From assembly GCF_964194155.1 (NCBI RefSeq), contig NC_135893.1:34224001-34288000 (forward strand): DNA of 64,000 nucleotides, in the 5' to 3' direction. Source of the stretch: Cetorhinus maximus. Lineage: Eukaryota. A program made the position numbers and the translations under genes. The notes under the pieces are model-generated. The model was not told the DNA's origin, did not search any database, and saw only the letters and a program-made list of their open reading frames with translations. This document shows, piece by piece, positions 38,341 to 51,554 of this stretch (position 1 is its first letter; every line of letters begins with the position of its first letter).

Positions 38341-38864
38341 TAAAATTACAGCATTGTGATGATAATGGGGGAACCAGAAGGTTTGCAAGATTTCTAGTTT
38401 AAGTTATCGATGGAAACTTTGAACCAATTAACCTTGCTCATAACAGATCTAGCACACTCCAAATTCTACCAATGTCAAGTACTACTGAGCTATTTGAAAA
38501 TTATTAACATCATTGTTATTACCATCGAACATAAATATCCATCGGGACTTTCACTGAAGGAATTGAGGTTTGCCTCCAGCTGTTTAGCATCCATCTACAG
38601 AAGTGGGTTCCACATGGGCCTCACAAGGGCTTATGCGGGCTTCACGTGGACTTTACATAGGCTTTATATGAGCTTCCCCTGGGTGTTATATGGACTTCCA
38701 GAGGCATCAGTGCTCAAAAATCTAAACATTTCTGACTAAGGTTGAGGATAACATCTCTGCTGTACATAGATGGGCCAAATGCTCAGTCCATCAGCACAGG
38801 TTAACCTCTGGTCAAACCTTCTTAACAGGTCTACATAAAAACATTTGCCACTCATGTTTTAAGA

Positions 38865-39400
38865 CCTCAGCTGTGGCTCAGTCACTGGACTCTTGCCTCT
38901 AGGTCTAGAAGGCTGCAACCTTACACCAGAGACTTGCAGCACATAATCTAGATGGATACTTTAGTGCAGCACAAAGGGAGTGCTGCACCATCAGAGGTGG
39001 TACCTTTTGGATGAAACATTGACCTGTGGTACTGCCTGCTCTCTAACAGAGGAACAGGAGTAGACCCTTCAGCCACATGAGCATATTCAACCATTCAATT
39101 AGATCGTGGCTGATCTGTATCGTAACTCCATTGATTTATCTTGGCTGGCTGATCTTATTCGATAATATATTCATCTAACACAAATCTATCAACCTCAGTT
39201 TTGAAATTTTCAATTGACTCCCAACATAGCTGTAACAGACCTCATAGCAGGGGAACTCTCCCAGTGTCCTAGCCAATATTTATCCTTCAGTCAAAACAGG
39301 GTTATCTGGTCATTTATCTCATTGCTGTTTGTGGGACCTTACTGTATGTATTTTGAGTGTTTTCATTATTTAAACGGTTTTCAAAACCACTTTGGAAGAA
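38865..39400 (+). mobile_element. DeuSINE split by a CR1 tail (about 39050-39230)
   Basis: Head tcagctgtggctcag...cttgcctct, Deu core and tail. Confidence 0.7.
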
Positions 39401-39804
39401 TAGATGAGCATCATTGCAGGCAAGTCCTAATTGGTCATGTTCCTGCCAAGAAGCCTAACAAAATCCTAATTAATGATGATTCCAACAAAAGAATGGAAAA
39501 AAAATGAGGAGGCACCCTACTTTCTAAAAATGGAAAATATCCTCTATACTATTCAAACACTGACGCAACATTGAAAACAATTCAAAAAACATTCATCAGA
39601 CCACCCTGCACCAACTGGCTTCTGACAGCCGTTCTCTCACATCCCATCTGTAATAATTAATCTGCTAACATCATGGACCACAGAATAACTAATACATTCT
39701 GTCAAGTGTCATACAAAATATGGAATAAATGAGCCTGTTCCATCAATTGAAATAGTTCAGTAACTAGCAGGTATAGGGCACAAAGGGTAAACAAATGTAC
39801 AAGC

Positions 39805-40352
39805 ATACAAATTAGGAGCAGGCCATTCAGCCCCTCGAGCCTGCTCTGCCATTCAATAGTATCATGGCTGATCTGATTTTAACCTCACATTCCTGCCTAT
39901 CCCCAATAACCTTTCATCCCCTTGCTTATCAAGAATCTATCTACCTCTTCCTTAAAGATATTAAAGGATTCTGCCTCAACTGCCTTTTAAGGAAGAGAAA
40001 TCAAAATTCTCACAACCCTCTGAGAGAAAAAAAAATTCCTCATCTCTGACCTAAATGGGAGACCCCTTATTTTTAAACTGTGATCCCTAGTTATAGATTC
40101 TCCCACAAGAGGAAACATCCTGTCCACATCCACCCTGTCAAGATCTCTCTGGATCTTATATGTTTCAATCAAGTCTCCTCTTACTCTTCTAAACTCCAGT
40201 GGATACAAGCCTGGCCTGTCCAACCTTTCTTGATTAGACAACCTGCCCATTCCAGGTATTGATTTAGTAAACCTTCTCCGAACTGCTTCTAATGCATATA
40301 CATCTTTCCTTAAATAAGAAGACCAATATTGTACACACTACTCCAGATGTGG
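39805..40352 (-). mobile_element. CR1 LINE 3' fragment
   Basis: ORF 39987-40250: GLYPLEFRRVRGDLIETYKI. Confidence 0.9.
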
Positions 40353-40354
40353 AA

Positions 40355-41030
40355 TGTAATATTTTGCCCTGTGATGGGTTTGACAGATAGGGAGGGCATT
40401 TAATCGGGTAGGAGGATGATGGGTAAGGATCGCACCACCTTCCTGGCTCCACTTGATTAATTACATGGCAGGAAGGCCATACGTGAGCAATTAAAGCCCA
40501 CTTAAGGGCCTCACCCCACCACTGCTGGTATTAACCCAGCAGCAGGAAGTGGTCTCACTATGCAACGGGTGCGGGGCTGCTTCTCGGCTCCAAGTGGTGG
40601 GTGGGGTGGAGGGAGGTGGTGGTGTTCAAAGGCACTCAGTGCTTGATTGAGGTACCTGGCATCAGAAAAGTGAGGGGGGATGGCTGCTGAAATCCACCCC
40701 CATGCCCTTGTAGCCAACCCCCCTCCGTTGCAACTCCCGCCTCATGAATCCTCTCCCATCATCACTTAGCTGTGACTGGGTCCTTTCATGATCCTCGGTC
40801 TTGGTTGGGTGTAGTACTAGCAGCAGCCACCATCTCCCTGATGGCGCAGCTGTTCAATAGAGTTGCCGGCCTCTGATTGGCCAGCAGCTCTTGGCAGGTG
40901 GGACTTCCATCCCCAGGCTCTCTGATCCCAGGGAAGGCCCCGATGCTGACCTGTTAGGTGCCTGAATGGCACTTAATTCAGCAGGCCTTCCCTAAATGAG
41001 GCAACAGGGTGCTCTCACTGGGTCTCTTAT
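40355..41030. mobile_element. Degraded Harbinger-type MITE
   Basis: GC-rich body with motifs shared with the 5543 MITE (aattaaagcccacttaagggcc, ctctgattggccagcagctc). Confidence 0.5.
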
Positions 41031-41077
41031 CATTCCCTTCACCTCCATTGAACACCACTCCAAGCTCTGCTCTAAAT

Positions 41078-41420
41078 GGTATGGTAACACAGAGATAATG
41101 TTGCTGGACTCGTAATCCAGAGATTGGGTTAATAATCCCAAGACATGAATTCGAGGCCCAGTGCAGCAGCTGAGGAATGCAAATTAAATGAATCTGGACC
41201 CAGAACCTATTTTTAGTAAGGGTGTATGTGTAGTGACTGGAATGTTGTTTAAAAAGCCATCTGATTCACCAATATCCTTATCTGGTCTGGCCTAAATGCG
41301 ATTGACTCTGAGCTGCCCTCTGATGTAGCCTAGCAAGCCATTCAATTGTATTCAACAAGGCAACTCACCACAACCTTCTCAAGGGCAATTAGGGATGGGC
41401 AACAAATGAATGAATAATAA
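41078..41420 (+). mobile_element. tRNA-head SINE sharing head and tail with the 22277-25390 LINE
   Basis: ctggactcgtaatccagaga head, cctagcaagcca, then caccaca.ccttctcaagggcaattagggatgggcaacaaatg tail. Confidence 0.75.
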
Positions 41421-41699
41421 ACGAAACATCTGTAACTATCAGCTGTTGGGTATTAAATGACAGAAACCACGTTTGTCTCCCATATTTGTTCCTAAATTAT
41501 TGTGCTTATTAAGCTGAGGAATCCCTTTCCATATCCATAGCCATGGGTTGGCATTTGCATTCAAAGGTTAGAAGGAGCACTGCCAGATGTCGATTAGTAT
41601 TCCCTGCATTCTGTTCCCCATCACGCCCCTTTGAACCCCACCCCACGGGAATCCAACCATTACAAAGATGCATGTTTTTTCAAAGAGCCAGTCTGGGGA

Positions 41700-41970
41700 C
41701 CAGTCTGTGGCAGATTTGAGATGAGCTCTTAAGTCCTCATGCTCACTCTTTTTCTTGTGACCTGCAAAGATCATTTTTGTTCCTGGGGTATTTTTATTTG
41801 GATTCTCCAGGTTATTCCTGAGTACGTCCTGATCATGGGTGATACCTTTGTTTTTGTTTGCTTCAGTGTAGGAAAATCCTTCAGCCTGGCCAGTCCTGTG
41901 TCGAAAGAAACCAGACAGGTTTTCTAGGGAATACAGAGAGCCCTCTCTCGCCATCACTCAACTGTGGCCT
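41700..41970 (-). pseudogene. CYCS: Processed cytochrome c pseudogene
   Basis: Translation [72 protein letters not shown] matches cytochrome c residues ~31-103. It is continuous across the usual intron position at NKG/I. The N-terminal CXXCH is decayed. Confidence 0.93.
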
Positions 41971-42559
41971 GTTTTTTTAATCTATTTTGCAGCTTCTCTG
42001 AGCAGCATTGCCAATTTAAGGGCATTTTATAGACAGTTTTCAGTCATGGTTCATACCCGCTAGGAATTGAAGCTGCCCCCAACCTCATTTCATGGTGGAC
42101 CTTACATCTAGCAAGACAGGTTTAGTACAACCTCTCTTCAACATCCTTTGAATTGTTAATGCTTTAGCGATCATTCATTTTTATGAAGGACAGCCAAATT
42201 AAGTAGCCACTTCACCCAGGATATTGTACTCAGCTTTGAATTTTATGTGGACTACAGCACAAATCCAGAAAGGAACAGGATTATTGATTTCATCCCATTT
42301 ACTCAAATTTCAAATATTAAAAGGGTGAAGCTTTAAAAGAGATTTCATTGTTTTTTCAAAGACGTGGTTTCACCTATAAAAAAAACTAAAGGAAGATTTG
42401 CATTTACCTAGTGCCATTCACAACTTCAGGTGTCTCAAAGCGCTTTACAGCCAATGAGGTCCTTTTGAAGCATAGTCACTGATGTAGACAATGTGTGCAC
42501 AGCAAGATCCCACAATCAACTATGTGGCTATGACCAGTTCATGGAATATCTCTGTCAAC

Positions 42560-43530
42560 ACCAGCATTTATTTCCCATCCCTAATTGCCTGTGAGAAGGT
42601 GATGGTGAGCCGCCTTCTTGAACCGCTGCAGTCCATGTGGTGTAGGTGCACCCACAGTGCTGTAAGGGAGGGAGTTCCAGGGTTTTGACCCAGCAACAGT
42701 GGAGGAACAGCAAAATAATTCCAAGTCAGGATAGTGTGTGGCTTGAAGGGGAACTTATGGTAGTAACATTCCCATGTGTCTGCTGCTCTTGTCCCTCTAG
42801 GTGGTAGGGGTTGCAGGTTTAGAAGATATGGTGCATGGAGTGTTGGTAGGTTTGCTTCCACTGTGCACCAGTGGTGCAGAGAGTGAATATTTAAGGTGGC
42901 GGATGGGGTGCCAATCAAGTGGGCTGCTTTGTCCTGGATGATGTCGAGCTTCTTGAGTGTTGTTGGAACTGAACTCATCCAGGCAAATGGAGAGTATTCC
43001 ATCACACTCCTGACTTGTAGATATAGTGGACAGACTTTGGGGAGTCAGGAGGTGAGTTACTCACCGCAGAATTCCCAGCCTCTGACCTGCTCTTGTAGCC
43101 ACAGTATTTATATGGCTGGTCCAGTTAGGTTCTGGTCAATAGTAACCTCTAGGATGTTGTAAGTCAGGAATTCAGGCGTTGTAATGCCATTGAATGTTAA
43201 CCCCTAGGATGTTGTTAGTCAGGGATTCAGTCATGGTAATGCCATTGAATGTCAAGTGGAGATGGTTAGAATCACTCTTCTTGGAAATGGTCATTGCGTA
43301 CCACTTGTGTGGCGTAAATGTTACTTGCCACTTATCAGCCCAAATCTGAATGTTGTCCAGGTTTTGCTACATGTAGACACAGACTGCTCCAGTATCTGAG
43401 GAGTTGCGAAAACACTGCAATCATCAGCAAACATTCCCACTTCTGACTTTATGATAGAAGGGTGGTCATTGATGAAGCAGCTGAAGGTGGCTGAGCCTAG
43501 GACACTACCCTGAGGAACTCCTGCAGCAAT
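42560..43530 (-). mobile_element. L2/CR1-group LINE RT to 3' end
   Basis: GVPQGSVLG..FSCFIND..GMFADD, MEYSPFAWMS, and a tail. Confidence 0.88.
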
Positions 43531-43536
43531 TGCAAT

Positions 43537-44928
43537 ATGTCTATTCAAGAAAGGAGGGAGTCAGAAAACAGGAAACTATCGGCCAGTTTGCCTAACATCT
43601 GTCATTGGGAAGATGCTAGAACCCATCAATAAGGAAGTAGTGGGGGGCATTGAGGAAATCGTAAGACAATCAAACAGTCAACAAAGTTCATGAAAGGGAA
43701 ATTGGGATTGACAAACTTATTAGAGTTGTTTGATGATGGAATATGTAAGGTGGATAAAGGAGAACTGGTAGATATAGTGTATTTTGATTTCCAAAAGTAT
43801 TCGATAAGGTGCCACATAAAAGATTATTACAGAAGATTAAAGCTTATAGTGTTGAGGGGTAATATATTAACATGGATAGCGGATTGGCTAACTGACAGAA
43901 AACAGAGAGTCGCGGTAAATGGGTCATCTTCAGTTGGCAAACAAAAACTAGCAGAGCGCCACAGGGTTCAGCGTTGGGTCCTCAACTATTTCAATCTATA
44001 TGAATGACTTGGATGAAGGCACTAAATGTGTTGTTGCTGAATTTTCTGATGCTACAAAGATAGGTAGGAAAGCAAGTTGTGAGGAGGCTACAAAGAGTCT
44101 GCAAAGGGATACAGATAGGTTAAGTGAGTGGGTAAAAACTTGGCAGATGGAGTTGTAATGTAGAAAAATGTATGGTTGTCCACTTTGATGGGTAGAATAA
44201 AAAAGCAGAATATTATTTAAATGGAGAGAGACTGCAGGGTGCCGTAGTACAGAGGAATCTGGATGTCCTCATACGTGAATCACAAAAAGTTAGCATGCAG
44301 GATCAGCAGGTATTTAGGAAGGCAAATGGGATGTTGGCTTCTATTTCAAAGAGGATGGAATATAAAAGAAGGGAAGTGTTGCTACACCTGGAGAGCACTG
44401 TGTACAGTTTTGTTCTCCTCATATAAATGCATTGCAGGCATTTCAGTGAATGTTAACTAGGTTGATTCCTGGGACAAAGGGGTTGTCTTATGTGGAGATG
44501 TTGAGCAGGTTGGGCCTATACTCATTGGATTTTAGAAGAATGAGAGGTGATGTATTGAAACATATAAGATTCTGAGTGAACTTGACAGGGTAGATGCTGA
44601 AAGGATCTTTTCCCTCATGGGGGAATCTAGAACTGGGGACAGAGTTTCAAAGTAAGTGGTCTCCCATTTAGAACAGGGATGAGGAGGAATTTCTTCTCTC
44701 AGAGAGTTGTTAGTCTTTGCAATTCTCTACCCCAGAGAGCAATAGGGTCTAGGTTATTCAATATTTTCAAGGCTGAGTTAGACAGAGTTTTGATGTACAA
44801 GGATTATGGGGAGCAGGCAGTACAGTGTATTTAAGGCCACAATTAGATCAGCCACTATCTTAGTCGATGGCAAAGCAGCCTCAAGGTGCCAAATAGCCTA
44901 CTCTTGCTCTTATTTCTTATGATTTATG
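43537..44928 (+). mobile_element. CR1 LINE RT to 3' end
   Basis: GNYRPVCLTSVIGKMLE, LTNLLELFD, VDIVYFDFQK, then the C-terminus and 3' UTR. Confidence 0.9.
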
Positions 44929-45889
44929 ATGTCCTGAAGCTGAGGCGAGTGGCTGGGGCAGAATGATGTTGGTTGAGGAATAAATATTTGCTAGGGCACC
45001 AGGGAGAACTCCCTTGCTCTTCCTTGAAACGGTACCATGGGATCTGTTAGGTCTAGCCAAGAGACCAGATGGGGTCTCAAGTTAATACCTCATCTGAAAA
45101 GCATCAACACCAAGAATGAAGCACTCCTTCGATACAACACTGAGAGTCAGCTTAGATTTTGTGTTCAAGTCTCAGCTGTGCTTAACCAACCCACAACTTT
45201 CAATCTCAAGATACAAAATGACTTCACTGAGCTGGGACTGAGCAAAGAATGTTTTAAAAGGTTAACATCAGCAAGACAGTAAAGTCTTCAAACTTGAAAC
45301 CAATATTATGAACAGCTGGAAAGTAGCCTGCCTTTGAATGTGACAGACTTCTGACCTTTATCCTGTATCCAATATCCGTATTATGTTAGTGTCAGTTTGA
45401 ATTTACCTTACATAAATTGATCAAGCATTGAAGATAAGAAGCCAGTCTGCATTTGTGCATTATATACAAATACATAGGTTCATTTATCAAGGAGTTAAGA
45501 AGTTGGTAGCAGTATTGCAAAGTTGGAGAACTTATATGCATACCTGACCTGTTTGTTTCCTCATAGTAGACTGAGACTGAGCCTGAATCACATGAGACAT
45601 TGCATAATTTCCCTCCAGTAACATATTCAGAAAATGCAACCACACCCACTTAAAGATGTACCACAACACGAACCACACTGTGACTGTTGGGAAATGGCCA
45701 TGACATCCCCATGTATAAGCAGCCTGCTGACATTACACCCCCACACTATCCAGCGATATGCAGGAGGCTAGCTCATGCTTGTGGTACTGTGCAGTGAGCA
45801 TGAATCAGGGCCGTTAGGAGAGGGGGAAGAACATGCCTAACATGTTGGCGAAACCACAACTTGGCCGTAGAGCAATGCTCTGCCGTGTA

Positions 45890-46112
45890 TTTGTTTTTCA
45901 TTCATGCACAGGATTTGGGTGTTGCTGGCAACACTAGCATTTGTTGCCAATTCCTCATTGGCCTCGTGTCTTTGTGAATCGCTGCAATCTGTGTGGGGAA
46001 GGTATGTCCACGGTGCTGTTATGGAGGGAGTTCCAAGATTTTAACCCAGCCACAATAAAGGAACGGTGATATATTTCCAAGTCAGGATGGTGTGTGACTT
46101 GGGGGGGAACTC
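45890..46112 (-). mobile_element. L2-group LINE 3' tail
   Basis: Same tail sequence as 22290-22500 and 35240-35460. Confidence 0.75.
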
Positions 46113-46517
46113 CAAGTATACCGTAAATTAGACAAGTCCAAGTATGTAGTGAAGCAGTGAAGGGGACTGTAGGGATAATCTGGTGTGAATCGGGGTTATC
46201 AGGATGAGATAAGAATTTGAATGCTGCATAAATTAATGAGGTTTTGTGTGTGGAATTTCCGTGGTGTAATAACTAATCTGAGACATCAAAAGCAAGAAAA
46301 ACAAATTTTAGCACCTAACATTATCACTAAATGAGCTTATACATCAACATGCAGAATGTGATTATTCACATTTGCCCAAGTTAATTAAACCTAGAAAAGA
46401 AACAACACATGAGAGGTGTTCCTGGAGACTTTCAAACTAATCTTAATGAAGCTAGTGCAACAGTCATGGTGACACACTTGCAGCCTCCAGACGAGTTTTT
46501 GGCATGCGAGTGTTAAG

Positions 46518-46810
46518 GTGTCAGCCTTGATTCACTTGGTAGCATGCATGCTTTGGGATCAAAAGGTTGTGGCTTCAAGTTCCAAACCAGGACCTGAGCA
46601 CAAAATTCAAGGCTGACACCGGGTGCTGAGGGAGTGCTACACTGTCAGAGGTGCTGTATTTCAGATCAGATGTTCAGCCAAGGCCCTGTCCAGCTTCTCA
46701 GGTGGATGTAGAAGACCCCATAGCACTATTTTGAAGAAAAGCGGGAGAGTTATCCCCAGTGTCCTGGCCAATCTTTAATCCCTCAATCAGCAGCACAAAA
46801 AACAACAAAC
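46518..46810 (+). mobile_element. DeuSINE (SacSINE1-like) head and core
   Basis: tRNA-like head, gagggagtgctacactgtcagaggtgc, cccagtgtcctggccaat. Confidence 0.8.
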
Positions 46811-47325
46811 TATGGGTACAATTTCCAATTCATGTGGAAACCCTTTATTAATGCATTAAGCAGTAATATATACTTACAACACCAGTTGCTTAATAAGAAC
46901 CACGTGCAGGAGCTCATCCCCGGGTGGTCAGTCTGCTGAACGAGTTCTTCCACATGACTTCCTGTGACTGACCAAGTCACACTTCCTGGCTGCAGCCTCA
47001 ATGTCCTTGGAAGCTGTGGCTTTACTCCCCTTTCTGACCCTGGTATCTCGGCATATAAGGTAATGCCTTAAATCGAGTCATCTGTTTGAAATATCAATCC
47101 CATCCCTGCCATGCAAAGACAACCTTCATGTGGTCATTTCCTGCTCTCAGCAGGGGCTGTCTCCAGGCAACTGGCAGCAATCGATGTGGTTTCTGTATCT
47201 TGGTAAGGCAGGAGGAAAGCCATTCACACACACCCGAGAGACCACTGTCTAGGTCAGTTTCTGTAATCAGGGTGTCTGGTGATTAGCACCCCCCCAGTGA
47301 CATGTCCTGACACGTCTATGTCTAT

Positions 47326-47446
47326 GTGTGTGTGTGTGTGTGTGTGTGTGCGTGCATGTGTGTGCCTGTGCCTGTGTGTGTGTGAGTGTGTGTGCGTGTA
47401 TCTGTGTGTGAATGTGCGTGTGTCTGTCTGTGTGTGTGTATGCGTG
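47326..47446. repeat. (GT)n microsatellite abutting the assembly gap
   Basis: Read directly from the sequence. Confidence 0.95.
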
Positions 47447-48239
47447 NNNNNNNNNNNNNNNNNNNNNNNNNNNNNNNNNNNNNNNNNNNNNNNNNNNNNN
47501 NNNNNNNNNNNNNNNNNNNNNNNNNNNNNNNNNNNNNNNNNNNNNNNNNNNNNNNNNNNNNNNNNNNNNNNNNNNNNNNNNNNNNNNNNNNNNNNNNNNN
47601 NNNNNNNNNNNNNNNNNNNNNNNNNNNNNNNNNNNNNNNNNNNNNNNNNNNNNNNNNNNNNNNNNNNNNNNNNNNNNNNNNNNNNNNNNNNNNNNNNNNN
47701 NNNNNNNNNNNNNNNNNNNNNNNNNNNNNNNNNNNNNNNNNNNNNNNNNNNNNNNNNNNNNNNNNNNNNNNNNNNNNNNNNNNNNNNNNNNNNNNNNNNN
47801 NNNNNNNNNNNNNNNNNNNNNNNNNNNNNNNNNNNNNNNNNNNNNNNNNNNNNNNNNNNNNNNNNNNNNNNNNNNNNNNNNNNNNNNNNNNNNNNNNNNN
47901 NNNNNNNNNNNNNNNNNNNNNNNNNNNNNNNNNNNNNNNNNNNNNNNNNNNNNNNNNNNNNNNNNNNNNNNNNNNNNNNNNNNNNNNNNNNNNNNNNNNN
48001 NNNNNNNNNNNNNNNNNNNNNNNNNNNNNNNNNNNNNNNNNNNNNNNNNNNNNNNNNNNNNNNNNNNNNNNNNNNNNNNNNNNNNNNNNNNNNNNNNNNN
48101 NNNNNNNNNNNNNNNNNNNNNNNNNNNNNNNNNNNNNNNNNNNNNNNNNNNNNNNNNNNNNNNNNNNNNNNNNNNNNNNNNNNNNNNNNNNNNNNNNNNN
48201 NNNNNNNNNNNNNNNNNNNNNNNNNNNNNNNNNNNNNNN
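47447..48239. other. Assembly gap (N run)
   Basis: All N. Confidence 1.
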
Positions 48240-48484
48240 GTATCCTTGCCCAATCTTTTTTTCAAAGATCCATATAAACTTCAGCATTGATGTCTTCAGT
48301 CAGGAACTTTCGTCCGATGTCCTCCGCACTCCAGGTTCCCATCACATGGTTCTGAGCTAAGATGTTAGTCTACCTCACAACTGGTTATAATTTGACACAA
48401 GTATAAAGTTAATACATATTAAAAAGAAACAAAGGGAGGTCTTACTGCGTGACAAAAACACACAAATTCCAAAACGATTACACT

Positions 48485-49141
48485 GGGCAGGATTTTCCCT
48501 TCACCAGGCGGGCGCAGGAACAGCCGCGAAACAGACCTCCGCCCGCAATCGGACTCCAAACGCAATTTCTCACTGGCTGACCAATTAACAACCAGCCAGA
48601 GTGAAACGCACGCTGAGAGCCTCACGCTGCCGGGGCGGGAGGCAGGAGGAGCGTGAGCGCTGAAGTCTGCGCGTGCGCAGGGAGGGAGCGCGTACTGAAA
48701 CCTCCCTGAAGGCACAGAGCTGCTGCAGGGAGCTGAAGAATTTTAAAATGAAAAATAAAGATTTTAAAAATAAGGGAAACATGCAACCCATATTAAAAAT
48801 GATGTTTCAAAATTTAAATTTTAAAAAAATTACTATTGGAAACGTCATTCCGCCCATGCATGAGGTTTCCTCAAAAATATAAAGACCACCTAGCCTATTT
48901 GCTCGTCCGCCAACGGTAAAGTTGGGCGGGCAGCGAAAAATCGGATTAAATTAATTGATTAATGGCCTTAATAGGCTTCTCAATTGTTGGCGGGCACGCT
49001 GCTGACTCTCGTGCCCACCCCCCGACCGAAATATTGCGTGAGTGAGCGATGACTTTGGGACGCTCGCCCGACATCATCGCGCACTATTTTACTCCCAATG
49101 GGGCTGGACGTGCACCAGCCTCTGGGATGTAAAATTCTGCT
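48485..49141. mobile_element. Harbinger-type MITE
   Basis: GGGCAGGATTTT...AAAATTCTGC with a 3-bp TSD ACT/ACT. The right part is homologous to 26740-27030. Confidence 0.82.
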
Positions 49142-49412
49142 ACTGTCTGCAAGTGAGTTTCCTGCATTACAACAGTGATTATACCTCCAATGTAATTCAC
49201 TGGCTATGAAGCGCTTTGAGACATGATCCACTGAGAATGTAAGGTGTTATTTAAATGCAAGTCTTGCTTTAAATCTATATTTCATATGCGTGTGGTTGTG
49301 TCTTATTATCTCATTCATTTGATTTAATAGAGTATTAACCAGAGGTTTGAGTTTCCTAGTCTTCAAACTTGTATTGGTGATAATGGTTATATGAATGATA
49401 TCTCCACAATAG

Positions 49413-50411
49413 CGTTATGATATGGCAGGTGGCAATTGGTCAGTCTGACCAAATCCCAAAGGGAAACTTTGGTCAAGCCATCACAACAATTTTGCAATTT
49501 GTATTTATTACGAGAAGGTATGCACACTGAAGTCAGAAGTAGAGTCAATTATCACCTTTGGAGATTTTAAGATTAAATTACAACATTTATTAACAAAAGA
49601 AATGTCAAAACTTACAGTTATACAGTCTTATAATGGTTCCGAAAAGATTTCTACTTAACTAGACTCCCAACTGCACGCCCCTTTTCAGGCAACAGTCCAA
49701 ATAGATTCTTAATCTATAAAACATCCAGCAATATTACCTCAAGTACCCACTGTTGCTATAAGGGAGATATTTCACAGCTTCTCTCTCCCCCTCACTTGAC
49801 AATGGAATTGTAAGGCTTTAAACAAAACCTTGCACTCTAGACCAAACCAGCACGTCTCTGGTGTGATGAGAGGCTACTTTTTCACAGGTCTATTTTGCAC
49901 AGTCCACCTCTCAAAACCTCACAGGGCCACTCCACATATAGTTTCCAAATATATTCTTTAAATATATTTTCTCCCTTGTGATCCGAAAATCCCATTGTTT
50001 CACCCTTGTTTTGGAAGTTACTTTTCCCAGAATATAAAAATCTTTCATGTTGCCCTTATGCCCAGCACTTTTGGGAAAAATAAACTTACTAACTTTGCCT
50101 TATTTATCTTGCCAGTTGTAAAACATCTTATCCTGTCCCTTTAAAAAATCAAACAACATCTCAACTTACCTACAAAATGCAAATTTTATTCACACTGCTG
50201 AGACTTCTTAGCTCACCCATCTCTGTTTCAAAATGCCTGTTTTACATTTAACCCCTTTGATGATTCAAACCCTGCAGTCTGACCATCTTTAGTTTAATTA
50301 AATTAGTCATACGTATACACACACACAAACATACACACACACGCCTGCTTCGGTATCCCACAGTAAATTAGGAAAAATATGATATTTACTTTACAATCAG
50401 GATATATGACA
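49413..50411 (-). mobile_element. Solo LTR, same family as 32984-33874
   Basis: (C/T)GTTATG...TGACA with flanks ATAG/ATAT. Shares aaatcccaaagggaaactt, ctttgggaaaaataaa and a CA tract with the other copy. Confidence 0.75.
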
Positions 50412-51554
50412 ATATTTTCTAAAAGGCTTTATTTTAACTAGGGGTTGCTTCTGGACTCTTCAGATGTCTGGCCAAGACCTACGAGGCACAGTTTGAGCAA
50501 GAGGGTTGGATGATAGGCTTCAGTTTCCATGCCTGGCCATACATTTTGTACTGAGACTGTGTTCCAGGTTAGAATTCCTCTCAGCTGCGTCATGAAGCTG
50601 GACCTCTGTATTTTTTGAAATATGATTTTCAAAACCTTCAACTGACTGGAAATTCTGCAAATTGAAATGAGACAGAACAAACTACTTTAAATTGCAAGGC
50701 CACCTTGCAAGGTGAAGGTGAGAAAAGCAAACAAGACCCCCTAAGGGAGTATGATGAGAGTTATTTCCAGTAACTTACAGTCATCAAAACTCAACACTAT
50801 CTAAGGAAGATATGAAAAATGCCAAGTGCTGGATTTTCATCAGCTGTAATCTTTTTAAGACAATGGGGAACAGCTAACCACCCAGGATATACAACCTGCA
50901 CTCCACCCAAGTGGAAACAGACACTCAAACCGTTCCCTGTGAAATGTGAAAGACCCCCATCTCCTGTTGGCTTTTACTATTTTGAAATTCGTCATAAGTG
51001 TCTGAGATGAAATATCAGAAAATGTGATTATCTGTTCTACAACACAATGACAACAGCTGACATAGTAATCAAATTCCTCTGGAATGTACAACTAGCAGGG
51101 CTTTAAGAACAACTTTACCAAGCCAGAGGAAAAAGAAGTTGTCAGAGGAGAGATTTTTTGAAAAAGCAGAAGAAGCAAGCTGAAAAGTTCTCTCTTTTTC
51201 TCACTCTCCAGGAACAAGTGCAGTGCCCGATTCAAGAAATCAGCATACCAAAATCTACCAACAACCCAAGATGGTGTAAGAATTGCAACAACTTCTACAT
51301 CAGACCACATCCAAGGAACCAGCTAACTTAAAATGGCTGCAATGTTCAACAACCTATGCCTAAAGGACAAGCAAAGGACATATAACTGTATATTCTTTTA
51401 ACTTTTATTTGGATTCTATCTGTCCTTACTTCTGACACCTCTGTGTGTGTGAGTGTGTGTATGTGTGTGCTTGTGTGTGACATCACATCTTTTATTACTT
51501 TTCCTCGGGCTTAGTGGCTAATAAACCTGCTATTTCTTTGACTCAAGAAAACCT

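Larger units (their letters stand above)
42385..45235 (-). mobile_element. DeuSINE (tail 42385-42535, head about 44950-45235) split by two LINE fragments
   Basis: The tail and head/core halves are recognisable on either side of the LINE block. Confidence 0.65.

Noticed and set aside
47267-48360. Long ORFs of about 300 aa
   Set aside because: Artefacts of the N gap and the GT microsatellite.
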